A stretch of DNA of 64,000 nt from assembly GCF_018350175.1 (NCBI RefSeq), contig NC_058368.1:170812001-170876000 (forward strand), written 5' to 3'. Under the pieces are notes generated by a model, which worked only from the letters and a program-made list of their open reading frames with translations, made no database searches and was not told the DNA's origin. Source of the DNA: Felis catus (taxonomy: Eukaryota). A program made the position numbers and the translations under genes. This document shows positions 39,718 through 52,980 of the stretch, one piece after another (within the stretch, counting starts at the first letter, position 1; each line of letters starts with the position of its first letter).

Positions 39718-40149
39718 TAATGTCTCATGACTCCTTTCCCAGAGTAGAAGAAATTTATTTCATGGAATTTTTAAATACTGCTCCATCCGGTTTTGCCTCC
39801 ATTTAATTTCCTTGAATATTTGGTGTCTGTAAAGGAATAATGCATTATTTGGGAAGTTTGTGTTCTTTCTGGAATCAGCGCCTAGGAGGTGCTCCAGTGC
39901 TGAACACAAAGGAAACGTATTTTGTAGAAATGGCAGGGACTCCAGGGGGTGATGGTGTATTTTGTAGATAAGTTTATACAGAAGAAAATCACAGATAACA
40001 TAACACTTCTTCTTTTGTTACTGTTTATTCCACAAATCAGTTGGAGCTTAATTTTAGATATTCAAGAACTTTGACACAAAATGCTTAGTGCATATTCTTG
40101 AATTTAGGGTCTGAGTCACTTGTTTATGTGAACAGAGAAAATTGAGATC

Positions 40150-40470
40150 TGTATTTCCCAAAGTGCACTCCACAGAACACTGGTTCCTCAGCTGAGTGAA
40201 CAGGGGTAACTACTGTAATTCCCTTTGTGGGAAACGGGAGTTGTTTGTGGAAGTGCTAAGGTTGGTCAAATAAGGTAGGAAATGCCAACTTAAACACGAT
40301 TTTTTATTTTTGCAGGACTTCCCAGAACTTTAAAAATGCTAGTGTGTAAACTGACATCTAAATTAGTGTACTGTGAGGTTTTTCCCAAACCTTATTTGAC
40401 TTTGGAAACCTTGTTTTTCCTACCAGTAAGCATTTTGAAGAACTACAAAGATGAACTTTGTGAAACTCCC
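40150..40470. mobile_element. hAT-Charlie MITE-like remnant
   Basis: TTTCCCAAAGTG..CCACAGAACAC start; TTTCCCAAACCTTATTTGAC...ACTTTGTGAAAC end. Confidence 0.55.
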
Positions 40471-41564
40471 ATCTGTTCAAAGGGTTCCTTAAATCAGCAT
40501 TTTAGAAAAAAAATATACATATGTTAAATGCTACTTTCCAAAGCAAATCTTCATTTGCAAATAATAATAATAAAATTTATTTTATATGAATCCTCCTTTA
40601 GTAGATCTGCATTAAATCCTGTGAAGGACATTGCTCTTTTGGTGCTGGCCTGTGTAATGTTAATCTGATCAGTTCACTGCATTAGAAGTGTTAACATCTT
40701 TGAAAATTAAGTTATACATATCATAGAAGAGCTCAGACAACATAATGTGCTTTATGAATGCAAGAACTCAAAGAAAAAAAATACCAAAGGCCTGCTAGGC
40801 AGCCGTCCTGTTCTTATAATCACTCCTGAAAGGCAGTGAACGGCGGGGAGACTTCCATTTCCTTTGACATCACTTTCAAAGATTTTATCCTTAAAGAAAT
40901 TTCTTTAAATGGATGGATAGATACTAATTTAGACAGGAGAGGCTTTCTTTCTGAAGGACTTCCTGCTGCTTTCCCTGATAAGGATCAGCACCTCCGTGGA
41001 AATGTGGGTTTATCTTTGAAGTCTAAAATGGCATCAATTCTGCACCTGCCTCTCTTGAAGAGTGGCCTTGAATGGTTTCCTGATGTTTCCTGAGTGAGAG
41101 AGATGTAGCCCAGCAAACAGACCATAATGGTAGCAACACTTTGGTAGTGTTTTATCTAGGTAATATTCTGAGGAATAAATAAAAAGGACTTTTGCCCAAA
41201 AAAAGTGTTATATCTCTCATATGAGAGTAAATCCTTATCCATAAAATACACTAAAGAATGACATTATTTTGAAGCAGAATAAATGTTTTGATATTTCTGT
41301 TAATTTCTTTGACATTCGTGAAAACCTAATTTTTTATTTTGATTTTGTCCAAGGGATTACTAATTCTATATCACTATATTATACTTTAGAGTTACTGTTT
41401 CATAAATCTCAGAATTAATATTAGACAAAATGTATCTATTGCAACTATTACTTCAAGAAAAAAAGAGGTAATTTGCTAAACACTAGGGATTATAGAGCAT
41501 AAAATGTATTTGGGAGTCATGTTTTTCTCAAATTTAAAGCAAGACTTGAATTGGTATTATTATT

Positions 41565-41624
41565 ATTTTATTTTATTTTATTTTATTTTATTTTATTTTA
41601 TTTTATTTTATTTTATTTTATTTT
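41565..41624. repeat. (ATTTT)12 pentanucleotide repeat
   Basis: Direct read; ends about 160 nt upstream of the exon 7 acceptor. Confidence 0.95.
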
Positions 41625-41787
41625 TTTAGTTCCCTCTCCCATGTGACGGGTCCCCTTCTACCTATCCATCCATCATCAAATACAAAAACAAATAAATCTG
41701 TTTTATTTTGAATAACAGAAATATTCTGTCATCTTATAAAAGCTGAGAAAAGACTTGTTTCATTAAATGTTTCTCTTGTGTTGTTAG

Positions 41788-41862
41788 CTGATTTTGGACT
41801 CTCTAAAATTGTGGAACATCAAGTGCTCATGAAGACAGTGTGTGGAACCCCAGGGTACTGCG
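41788..41862 (+). CDS. CAMK4: CAMK4 coding exon 7, 75 nt, DFG motif and activation loop
   Basis: Acceptor ttgttag|CT and donor TGCG|gtatgc. Translates (A)DFGLSKIVEHQVLMKTVCGTPGYC. The CaMKK-phosphorylated activation-loop Thr (LMKT; human T200) is codon ACA at 41835-41837. Confidence 0.98.
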
Positions 41863-43164
41863 GTATGCTCTTTAATACTGATATTTACTTTTATTGTTAT
41901 TTGAAATCGATTTTTGCTTCATGATCTAATTTTCTAACTCCTAATATCTCTATTTAAAATGCTTACAGTGTGATGTGAGTCTCCATGAGGAAGGCGTGTA
42001 TAAACGATACTTAGACCACCTCTTGTTCTACATGAGGGGTTCAATGATGTTGGTTTTAGGGCCCCCTTCTTAGAAAGGCAGGGAAAGAAGGAGCCCTAGG
42101 AAAAAGGACTGGGTGCTCTGCACCTGTCTCCTGGGCAGTAGCTACTCTTGAACCCACTTCGAAGCAGAAGGACAATCATCAAGAAAGAGGGCAGGGAAAC
42201 AACCTTATTTGTGGTTGGAAATAGAGCCATGAGTCCTCCTGTCACTTTCCTTGTTTGCTTTTACTTGGGAGGATGGGTGAGGAGGGAGTGTGTCATTAAT
42301 TCAAGGGCGTATAGGGTAACAGTGAGATTGGGGTAGTCCCTAGTCCTCATTGATGGCACTCCCCTAGCCTTATTAAGATAAAGGCTTCAGGTGGGATTGC
42401 CCCGCCAGAGTCCCCCAGTCTCTAGAGATGGACTGTGTGACAGTCCTCACTCCTAAGAACCACGTAACTAACTTATTTTAACAATGTTTGAATTCATGCA
42501 CATCAGACTATAGAAGGTACAGTTAGATATCCACTGAAGCAAATATATGATTAAGTTCACAGAATTTTAGTGCTAGAAGAAGCTTTAAAGTTCATTTACT
42601 AACTTTCTCATTTTGAGTTCTAGAGTATGACTTCCCCAAGATTCCACATCTAGTTGTTAGTGGGTCAGAGACAAGAATCCAGGTATCCAAGGGCCTAAAA
42701 ACAGATTTATACAATTCCCTCTTCAAAAAAGCCAATATAGATAAATCAGTATAATTTTCCTTCATAGAAATATTTATCAGTTATTATTTATATCTTAAAA
42801 TGTTTTTGTTTTGTTTTGTCTTGTTTTTAGTTTTTTAAACCTCAAAAGTATTACTCGGTCATTGCAGGAAGTAAAAATCCAAGTATGTGTAATCAGTATT
42901 AATAGCCTTATGAATTCTTCCTCATCTTTCTCCATGTTTCCATATTCACATATGGAATTCACATATTCACAATAAACTTTTTATTATTTTGTTTTTACCT
43001 AGTTAATTTCCCTACTGAATCTAAAATATTATGTTCTTGTAGCTCAATTGTTCATAGACCCAGTAATTACACAGAATTAAGTATACCTGTCTTTCTATTA
43101 AATCTTTACATTGTGCCAAATATTCTTGTTCTGGACCTTTAACTCCTTGGCAAGAGTAGACTAC

Positions 43165-43620
43165 CAATTAGGAGTAAATTCAGAAAACTCCAAGTAACTG
43201 TGGCTTATGAAAGATAGAGGTTGATTTCTGTCATGTTAAAAGTCTAGTGAAAGGCAATCCTGGTGGGTTCTCCAGGTAAGGCTCTGTGGATCTCAGTGCC
43301 AGGGGTCCAGGCCTTTTCTGTCTTGCTCTACCGTTCTTTAGCATGCTTCCTCACAGTCCAAAATGGCTGCTTGAAATCAGTCATTACATCCACATTCTCT
43401 GTGACAGGAAGGGGGGAAGGGGGAAAAAAGGGTGTACCTTTTCATTGTTAAATAGACTTGCCAAAGCTCCACGTCACTTCCACTTCTCTCTTATTGGCCA
43501 GTACTTGGTTACAGCCTCCATACTACCAGAGTGAGTCTTTTGGCTGGACATGTTGCTGCCCCAAATGAATTCAGTGTTCTGTTACTAAGCATAAGTATTG
43601 CATTAGACCGCTCACTATCT
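43165..43620 (-). mobile_element. MaLR LTR (MLT1J-like)
   Basis: TGGCTTA...AAAATGGCTGC...CTTATTGGCCAG...TTCTGTTACTAAG. Confidence 0.65.
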
Positions 43621-43711
43621 CTAGCAGAGACTTGAGTAAGATTCCCATTACCAGGGGGGAAAAAAAAAACTATTAAAGCATACAATGTTCCCTATAGGCA
43701 TCCTCTTGTTT

Positions 43712-43725
43712 TATATATATAATTT

Positions 43726-43760
<35 letters not shown>

Positions 43761-43810
43761 TAGATATATATTTATATATGTATATATTTATATATATATA
43801 TTTATGTATA
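43712..43810. repeat. Compound (TA)n/(GATA)8 microsatellite
   Basis: (GATA)8 at 43729-43760 flanked by TA-rich runs. Confidence 0.9.
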
Positions 43811-44344
43811 TTTTATTTTCCTTAGAACTGTTAGCCGACAACCTCTCCATGACATCTAATGGTGCCATAGATATTTCCCGTTTCTCTAATTCATGTGTCC
43901 TTGTCATCCTCCTATATTTCTTTCATGCCTCCCGATCTCCAAAGCCATAAAGATAAAAAAAGAACCCCAAATTTTGTACCATGTGCCAAATGGGATTGCC
44001 CATTTGTGAGTATTAACTGCTGACCAATCAAAAGAAGCATTGAAAGAGAATTGACAAAAGAATGATAAAACAAAGTAAGGATTTCCCAAAAGAAGAAAGC
44101 TGATGGACAATTTAGTAATCATTATCTAAGTACAAACACTGAGTATTCCTAGGAGGTAGGTAGGTTGGAGCATTTCTCTGAGAACTAGCAGCCCTGAAAT
44201 GGGAAGATCAGGAAGAGCTTACAGTAGCCATCTCTAAGGGTCCCTTCTGTGACTAAGAGATAGCAGCATCCTTGTAATGGCTTTGATAATAGTGATAAGA
44301 GCAGCTCTTTCCTGCAGCGTGACAGAATAGCCATTCTATGAGTG

Positions 44345-44860
44345 AATGATTCATTCATTGATAAAATGAACATTGAATGTCTAAGAGGCTCTGAGATTCA
44401 AGAGTGAACACCATATGGTCTTGTCCTTTAAGGATTTCATGGGCTATTAAAGAAAAAATACCCATACACAATAAATCAGTTTGTGTTGGTAAGTTGTAGT
44501 TTTATCCAAGCTAAAGGCTTAGGTATTCAGAGGGGAGGGAACAATTAATCCTCCCTAATATTTGAGCTGGACTCTGAAGGTTGGATAGGCGTTCAACAAG
44601 TGAAGAGGTAGCCACAAGGCATTCTTTGCAAGTAGGCAAAGGAAGAGAAAAATCATAGAGGAGTGGTAGCATCTGGCAGATTCAGGGACTCTTGGTTACT
44701 TTGGCACTTTGCACAACTGCAGTATAGATATAGTTGGACTTGGAAAGATACAATGGACCATATTTTTAAATAATCTATATATCAGGCTAAGGAATTCAGA
44801 TTTGCTTTGGTAAATAGTAGTGATGAGCAAAGGTTCTTAATCAGGGCAATTATATTTTAA
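44345..44860 (-). mobile_element. LINE-2 remnant
   Basis: ATTCATTCATT...CATTGAATGTCTA terminus and GGCTAAGGAATTCAGATTT. Confidence 0.6.
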
Positions 44861-45755
44861 AATCAAATCTGTATCTTACAAATATCTCGACAATGTCATT
44901 ATGACAGATGGTTTTGAGGGAAAAAAGAGACAAAAGAAGACAAATTAGAAAGTGATTATAAATTCTCTTTCCTGTCCCTCTGATGTCAGAAATGTACACA
45001 CAGAATGCTGTCACTCCAGCACTCCACTTCTCAGAATGATGTATTCGATCTGTTCCTACATCCAATCATTTTTTTAATATAAAATGATAATAAAAATACT
45101 AGTTCAGCGTCTTGTGCTTGCCATAAACAGACCCTTCTTACAGATAATGCCATCTAATAATGGAGGCTTATTTTCCACTGACTATTCCCCCCTGCCAAAA
45201 GTACCCACACTACTCTCACTTACTATCCCTTCCCCCACCCCAACCCCACCCCCGCCTAGAGGTTAGGGACAGGATTTTAAGGATACACCTGTGTATAGTA
45301 ACACAAAAAACACTGGAAAGGCTGCGTTAGGGAAAACAAGGTCGCAGTCACACCCAGGGCACAGGAAGTGGATGGCCTAGAGAAAAGGCAAGATGCAGAG
45401 TTTAAACGTTTTTGTTTTTGTTTTTTTTAGTTAATATAATAGTGAATAATAATAACATATAGTAATGAAACAATTAGACTTTATAGGCAAGGCTGAAGCC
45501 CCTTTGAGGTTCACTCAGTTCTAGCCTTTCCTCCCTGCAATACATGTAAGTGCCATCATCAGTTTGGCGTGTCCCTTCTGAGAGTACCTAGGTGGGGAGG
45601 AAACTGCCCATTTATACAATGAGTTGGAAATGAGACTGGTGGGAATCACCGTCCTACAGAAACCATGACTTTACACACAGACTTTAGTTTTAACTTGAAA
45701 AGATATCTGAGGCCCCTTCAGTTGACAGAGAGGAGACGTGTGAGCTTGTTTTCTT

Positions 45756-45998
45756 TTTTTTTTTTCTTTTTTTTTTAAATTTTTTTTTTCAACGTTTTTT
45801 TTTATTTATTTTTGGGACAGAGAGAGACAGAGCATGAATGGGGGAGGGGCAGAGAGAGAGGGAGACACAGAATCGGAAGCAGGCTCCAGGCTCCAAGCCA
45901 TCAGCCCAGAGCCTGATGCGGGGCTCGAACTCAGGGACCCTGAGATCGTGACCTGGCTGAAGTCGGACGCTTAACCGACTGCGCCACCCAGGCGCCCC
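45756..45998 (-). mobile_element. Young SINEC_Fc-like element
   Basis: TSD TTGTTTTCTT at 45746-45755 and 45999-46008. Confidence 0.93.
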
Positions 45999-47689
45999 TT
46001 GTTTTCTTGCTCATTGGAAGGGTGATTACATTCCAGGTCAGTTCTCCTCATGTACACAGGGTCTAGTGTCTACCTTTAATGGAAGGCTTTTTCAGTTACA
46101 TCTTTTGAGGGAGTGGGTGTTTATATTACACCATCTGTCATTTGTCAGGAAATACAAAAGTGAAAAGCCATCCATTCAGTCTCATTCATAGAACCTTTGC
46201 CCCAGGATATTAATAACAGAGGGTTCTCCTATAAGTGAATTGCAAAAGAAAAATCACAGATGCTGTATGTTTAAGCAAATACTCATTATTTCCTGGGAAG
46301 TGTGCCCAGTGGAAAATAAACTCCAGGCCAGAAAATTAAAATCTGTGATCCAGATAAATGAAATCAATGACTAGTGTTCTGAAATAGCCGTGAAGAGATT
46401 CTCCACATCTTGTTATTGCGAAAAGAAATAGGTCTCAGAAAAAAAAAAAAAAATCCATTAGGTCATGGCTCCTGATAAATAGGCCACAACATATGCAATA
46501 TTACTACCAAATGTCTTGACTGGTTTAACTATTTAAGACTGGAAGTCTGCGGGTGTTCAGCCTATCAATGCCAATCACAAAAACAAGTAAAGCTGTGAGA
46601 GTAGAAAAGAAAACAATATGGTAAAGGGTTAGGTAAAAGAGTATTTCTGTATAATACTGATTTCTAATTTACTTATAAGCTTAGTTAATTAAACTATGTA
46701 TGTTCATGGTTCATATTTCTACCCGTCTATCCAAATTCAATTTTTAGGGTCTAGAAGCTCTTCAGAATTGATTTTCTCTTGGCGTTTGCCAGAGTCCCCT
46801 TGGAGTGATAATCCTGTGTTGTTTCTGCATTGTTATATTTTAAAGAAATAATTTATTATGTTCACTATACCAAAATTAAAGATAATTTCTCAATAGTCTA
46901 GAGTCAGACAGAAGAGATTTCTGTCTACATGAACACATACTAATATGACCAATGTAGGAAAATTTAATGTAGTAGAAGGAAATCTAATCATCTAAAATAT
47001 AAGCTTTCAGAATAGTTTCATAAAAGATGTATTTTGTTCATTTCTAGAGGACTAAATAGCTAAGGTGAAATAACAAGAGTGTCAGATTATGTTGGTAATC
47101 TAACTGGCTAAGGGATAATTTCACCTGAGAGTTAATTAAATACCCACTAGGGTGACTTCCTTTTTACAGTGAACTTAAAAGAAAACAGAAGAGTACATAG
47201 TAAAATGTCAGTTGCATGGCTTATAACATGCTTGATGGGCTGATGTGTGTACACGGGGCTCCTGTGGGGTTAGTGGACGATGGGCAAGAGCAGGGGATGT
47301 GAGAAGAAGCAAGCAGAGAATGCTCAGCAGGTGAGTAAGGAGTGCCTAGGTCCATCTCCCATTGCTGACCATGGCACTTCTTTCTCCCTGAGATAGGCTG
47401 TGTCTGCAGCCACCATATGACTGTCCCAGGCACGCTTGCAATGCTTGATCCGTATGAGCACATGCCAGGTAAAGGAAAAAGTGGGGCTGGGGATAGATAC
47501 ACGAGAGGTGAGGAAAGGCCATAGCTTATCTTGGTCTTGACCTTGCAGATGACAGGGACTCTGCTGGTGGAATGCAGGCTGTCTTGGAAGTTTTAAATCT
47601 AGAGGAAAATGAGCCTCTCGGGGTATTTGTATTGATCTGGTACTGACCTAGACAAAGTGTTTTCTGTGGAACTTTAGTTATGTACCTAT

Positions 47690-48440
47690 TCAATTCTTTT
47701 TTCATTTAATAAATTATTTACTGAGCTCCTACTATGCACCAGGCACTATTCTAGGTGTTAGGGGTACAACAATCAATCAAACAAACAAACAAGATCTCTT
47801 CTTTAAGGGTGGTACATTTTAGTGAGAGAAGGCAAATAATAAACATAATGATTGTGTCAATATATAGAAAGGTGATCATTCCTATAGAGTTGGGAAAGAG
47901 GATAGAAAGTGTTGGGACACGCTGACCAGAGAAGGCTTCACTCATGAGGGAGCAGAAGAGCAAAGATTTGGAAGAGGCAGGGAGAGAGCAAGCCATGCAG
48001 ATTCTATGGAAAGAACATTCCAGGTGGAGGGGACAGAGCACACCAACCCTGAGGCAGGAACACAGCTGGGTGTCTATAGGTTGAAGAAGGACACAGTTGA
48101 GTGAAGTGCAATGGTAAGGGGAGAAATAATAGGTAGGAGGGGGACCAAAGAGCTCCAGTTGGAAGGATAGAGTTCACATTTACTGAGATGGGGAGGACTT
48201 GAGGAGCAACGGGGTTGGAGCTCGTTGATTTTGAGATGCCTGTTAGATATCCAGGTGGAGATGACATGTGGGCAGAAGGGTATATATGTTTGAGGTTCAG
48301 GAGCAAGGTCATGTCTGTTGATATAAATGGGGGCTCTGTCACCATTTAGATGCTATGGAAAGTCATGAGACTCCAGGGAAGAAGAAGAAACAACCCAGAC
48401 TGATCCTGGGGCAACATCACCAGTAGAGGCCAGAGAGAAG
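47690..48440 (-). mobile_element. LINE-2 remnant
   Basis: TTTACTGAGCTCCTACTATGCACCAGGCACTATTCTAGGTG and TTTGAGATGCCTGTTAGATATCCAGGTGGAGATG. Confidence 0.85.
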
Positions 48441-50739
48441 AAACCATGTTTATTATTCATAGAACATCAGATAGTGGAGGAAGCATCACTGGACAGGATT
48501 AGGAATTACGAATGGGTGCTGCAAGGCACAGATATGGGGCACAATATACACAACAGTGTTCTAGCATCTAAAGCTATCAGCAGAAGGAGGGGCTGCCTCC
48601 CTGGCTCGGGAAATGGTCCCGGAGGCTGACTACTGACCCGTGTCTCAGGATTCAGGGGAGCAAGGGGAGAAGAGACAGAGTGTTGCTCATTTCTGCATCA
48701 CCCAGCAGATACATAGTATTTGACATTCATAATATTACCTCACGGTCTGTCTATATATATTTTATATGTGTAAACTATGTTGAGGATTATGGCAAGCGCT
48801 TCATTTAATCCAAGTTAACCAAATATATTCTGACCTGAGATGGCTTATAAAATTGAGTCTGAAGAGATTGTCCTTCCTCCTACTTTTCATGTTCTCTTTG
48901 GCTTAGAAACAGCCTTTTAATGTGCTGGTCATCCTTAACTTCTGCGTCCCCATACCATAAATCATTCTCTGTCCTTCCCTCTTTGTAACTGTAAGTGACT
49001 ACCTAAGGAACAGAACCAACTGTGCCAGAGAACTCACTGTGCTAAGGACTCAGCTCTATTATTACCCATGTGAGGGCGGAATGCAGGGGAGAAGCGGTCA
49101 TAGGAAGGGTGACTGATGGCAAGTGGGAAGGAGACTTGCTTAAAATGTATTCTTTGGGCCCTGAACACCCACAAAGTGTTCCATTTAGAATGTTGTCACA
49201 GACAGGATATGCACAAAATAAAAATATTTTGAGAGAATTATTAGTGATAATTACAGTAAGATTTATAGCTCCATTAGAGAAAAACATGGTATTTGCCATA
49301 CTTAACAGAGTTCGAAGTCCGTGTCCATCACTTTATATCTGTATCTCCATATCCAAAAGAGACTCTTGCATGATGTTAATATTAGGACGAGTTCAGTTTA
49401 TTTATTGATACTCCACCTCCTTGTAGAGGCAGCTTTTCAAGAATGAATACCTCTTTGCTGTCCCTGGGCCTGCATCCATCACAGCTTTGAAGTGAGCAGG
49501 AGACTCAGTCTGATTAAGATTCAGAACAAATAGTGATTGCTCTAAGATGGGAGGGCTCTGTGGGATCATAGAAAAGTGAATTTCATAGACATAAAACTTT
49601 CCCAGGGTAATAAAAATAGGTTGTGTTTATTTTTTCCTCTTCTGAAAGTACTTAGGTGTTCTCAAATACTTGATTTTCTCTTCAGGGTATTATTAAAAAA
49701 ATAAAAAGTAAGATGGGGAAAATAAACAGGCTATCTTTCTTCACCCATTTATAAGATTTATACAAAGAGAAGTATGCAATTCGTGTGGCAAGGAAGACTT
49801 ATTTAAACAGCTTTAATGAAAAAATACTAAGTGAGAGATGGATTGACTGATGTTTGTAGTGTAAAAGATCAAGAGCCCAGGAAAATGGAAAAGATGAGTT
49901 AGGTCATGAAGTGTATCCCTTGAGTTCTAAAATATCCTTCAAACTTCTTTCTTGCTCTACACTACAAGTCATAGATACCCAAAGTGACGGAGGCCCCACA
50001 TGCCTCCTCAGCCCTTCTCGACCTCTCACACCATGGCATGTATGGAATCAGTAGTATTCTGAGAGTCACTGTAGTAAACTGGTAAGGCTGCTCCTAGCTA
50101 GAGGCAACTCCTTCTGGAAACATGTCAACTGTATCCCAGTCTGATTCACCCCTTTGTTACAACACTAAGCAAATGGCGCCGGGACATGACCTGTCTTCTC
50201 TGTTGTCAAAGCAAAAATTGCACTTGACAGGGCTTAAATGTTGTGCCCCGTTCTCACCAAATATCTGTGACACCCTGGCAAAGGACCACACATGGTACAG
50301 GTGCTGAGGAAGGCACAGAGTAGGGTCTGCCCGGCTGCCTGTAGGAAGCTGCCTGGAGTGCATTCTCCTCTGGGTTCCTCACCATGTTAAGAGCAACAAG
50401 GGGAGAGAATTTCCAAACACTGCTCTTCTCCTTCTGGTAGATAAATCCTTCTTTCTCCTCCTTCCACAGTGCTCACTCCTCAGAGGCAAAGTGTAGAGAG
50501 ACTTCTAGATGCTGAAGACTTGTGCTCTAAAGAAAACTCAATTCAAGACAAGACTGTACAGTGAAAAGCTCCACAGTGGTTCTCCCTCAGCTGTAGGAGG
50601 GGGTGGAATTCTGCAAAGTCAGATTCAGGCTTTAAGATGAAAATAGATTTGTTCCTCTATGTTTTGAATCACTAAAACAAAAGCATAGGAGAGAATTTAA
50701 GAACAAATAAACAAACAAACAGAAGCCCTCATGTACTGG

Positions 50740-51270
50740 AATCTGTAGTCTGGCCTCTGCCTCACAGGGGCTCATCTCACAGGGACTTCACTGTGCCCGG
50801 GGGTGTGCTCCACCCACACTGGCTTGCTCAGCTCCTTGGGCACCCTCGCTCCTGCCCGCTCCTGCCCGCCACAAAGTCTCTGCATGTGTGGCTGCTCCAC
50901 CCAACCCGCTTCACTCTCTTTCCTCAACCACTGCCCTCTCCCCCTTTGCCTGGTTAACTTCTCCAGTCTTTCACATCTCACTTTAAACTTTGCTTTCTCT
51001 ACCCACCTTCCTTGATCTTTCTCACCAGGTCAGCCCTCTATTGGAGACACCCTCCATCCAAGCACTTACAGTTACCACTTTGTATTTCTTCATGTGGCTT
51101 TCTCGATCAATGCCTACCTCCCCCACCAAACTGTAAGCTCCATGGTGGCAGAGACGTGTTCTCTGGAACTCCCCATTGCTCTCCCAACACCATATAACAT
51201 AGTGCCCATCATACAGCAGGTACTTAATAAATAGTTCATGGTTTGTTTAATGAGTGAATGAACGAACATG
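50740..51270 (+). mobile_element. LINE-2 3' remnant
   Basis: ACTGTAAGCTCCATGGTGGCAGAGAC...AGGTACTTAATAAATA...TGAGTGAATGAACGAA. Confidence 0.8.
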
Positions 51271-52748
51271 TGGATTTCACTCATCTTAGTCTCCCTGGGA
51301 TTTGTCTTTCTCAGAAGAGTTAACAGTAGTTTGAAAAAAGTCTTCTGCTAAAGATTGCCAATGTGTGGTCTTAACTCAATAGGTAGGAAGGAATTGACAA
51401 AATGAAGGTGCAATCCATGATCAAAATCATCCCTCTACTTTTCTCCTAGGGCTTTAGAAAAAGAGGGGAAACTTAGCCTCAGTGGCCCCTGTCAGAGTGT
51501 CATAGGGCATACCTCATACTTTTTATATGGGACCATTTCCAGAACTAGTAACAGTGAGTTTATTTAATAAACTGAAATTCATCCCAGTCTGTAGATGGAC
51601 CCTCAGTCTCTAGAAGTTTTAATGGTACCATGATCTTATCGAAAAAGCAACACTCTGAGGTCTAAGTGGTATGTTGGTAAATAAATATCATAAAGTTTGA
51701 ATTTTTAATATAATTTTGATATTCAGTTAAAATTGCTTTTTAAAAAAGTGAAGGCTGGTATCTTGGCAATTCTAAGACCATTTGCCACAATTATTCTGTG
51801 TTGGAAATTGGAGTATGAGCTCTGTAGCATTTAGTGTTAATGAGCAAAACACGAATGATAAGCTTACGAAGGGGCACAAAACTTGGATCCACTTAGAAGA
51901 CATCCAGAGAAATCAATAAAGGATTATTGACTTTTTTAGAAAAGAGGATTCTAAATTATTTTAAACACATTTTTAAAAACTGGATCACACCTTGAAATGA
52001 TTTTCTCCCTTACTGTATTTTTTTGACTTATTTGTTTGTTTGGGCAGTGAGGTGAAAAGATATGTAGGACACCTGGAAGTGCTTTAGCATTAAAAGGTGG
52101 GCTAGCTGATGTCTTTTCCTGAACCAAGTTGGAAGTAGTCAAGTATTTCCCTCCTTAATAAAATCACAAATTTGTAGGATCCACTGCAAGGACATTTGAT
52201 ACCTAGGAGACCTGTAGCGCTGGTATGCTGGAGCTTGAAATGTATTCTGGAAAGCTTCTGGCTCTTGGAAAGGGTTCAGACAGATTACAAGAGTATATTC
52301 TGCTGGTCCTGAAGTCAAGGTTATGATAACTAGCAACTGTGAAAATATTTAAAGGTTTCTGTGAATGGGATCTGATTGGATCTAGGTGCTTAGGGTTTGT
52401 TTCACCTAAGTTTTGTATTCTGATTAGTAAATATTCTAAATTCTTCTTAAGAGAAATTTATTATGGAGGGCAAAAACATTCTATATTCCTTTTGTCTCAG
52501 TTAACCTCACCATGGAAAGTTTAGTGTTTCACACCAGGGGATTGCCCACATTGCAGCCTACCGCCTTACAAGGAACTAAGTTGCCTCTGGAGGGTAAGGT
52601 CGCACCCTGTGCTGTGAGGGGAGGTCAGATATTACCAGGTCAGGTAAGAAAACCAGATGCCCTAAAAAGTGGATTCAGAAAGAGTTTTGTTCCATGGTGT
52701 TTGCTTAATTTGGGCCCTTACCTGGGAGCTATCAAGAATGGCCAGAAA

Positions 52749-52980
52749 GGGGCGCCTGGGTGGCGCAGTCGGTTAAGCGTCCGACTTCAGCCAGGTCACG
52801 ATCTCGCGGTCCGTGAGTTCGAGCCCCGCGTCAGGCTCTGGGCTGATGGCTCGGAGCCTGGAGCCTGCTTCCGATTCTGTGTCTCCCTCTCTCTCTGCCC
52901 CTCCCCCGTTCATGCTCTGTCTCTCTCTGTCCCAAAAATAAATAAACGTTGGAAGAAAAAAAAATTAAAAAAAAAAAAAA
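52749..52980 (+). mobile_element. Young SINEC_Fc-like element
   Basis: Perfect 15-bp TSD AAGAATGGCCAGAAA at 52734-52748 and 52981-52995; CpGs intact. Confidence 0.95.
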
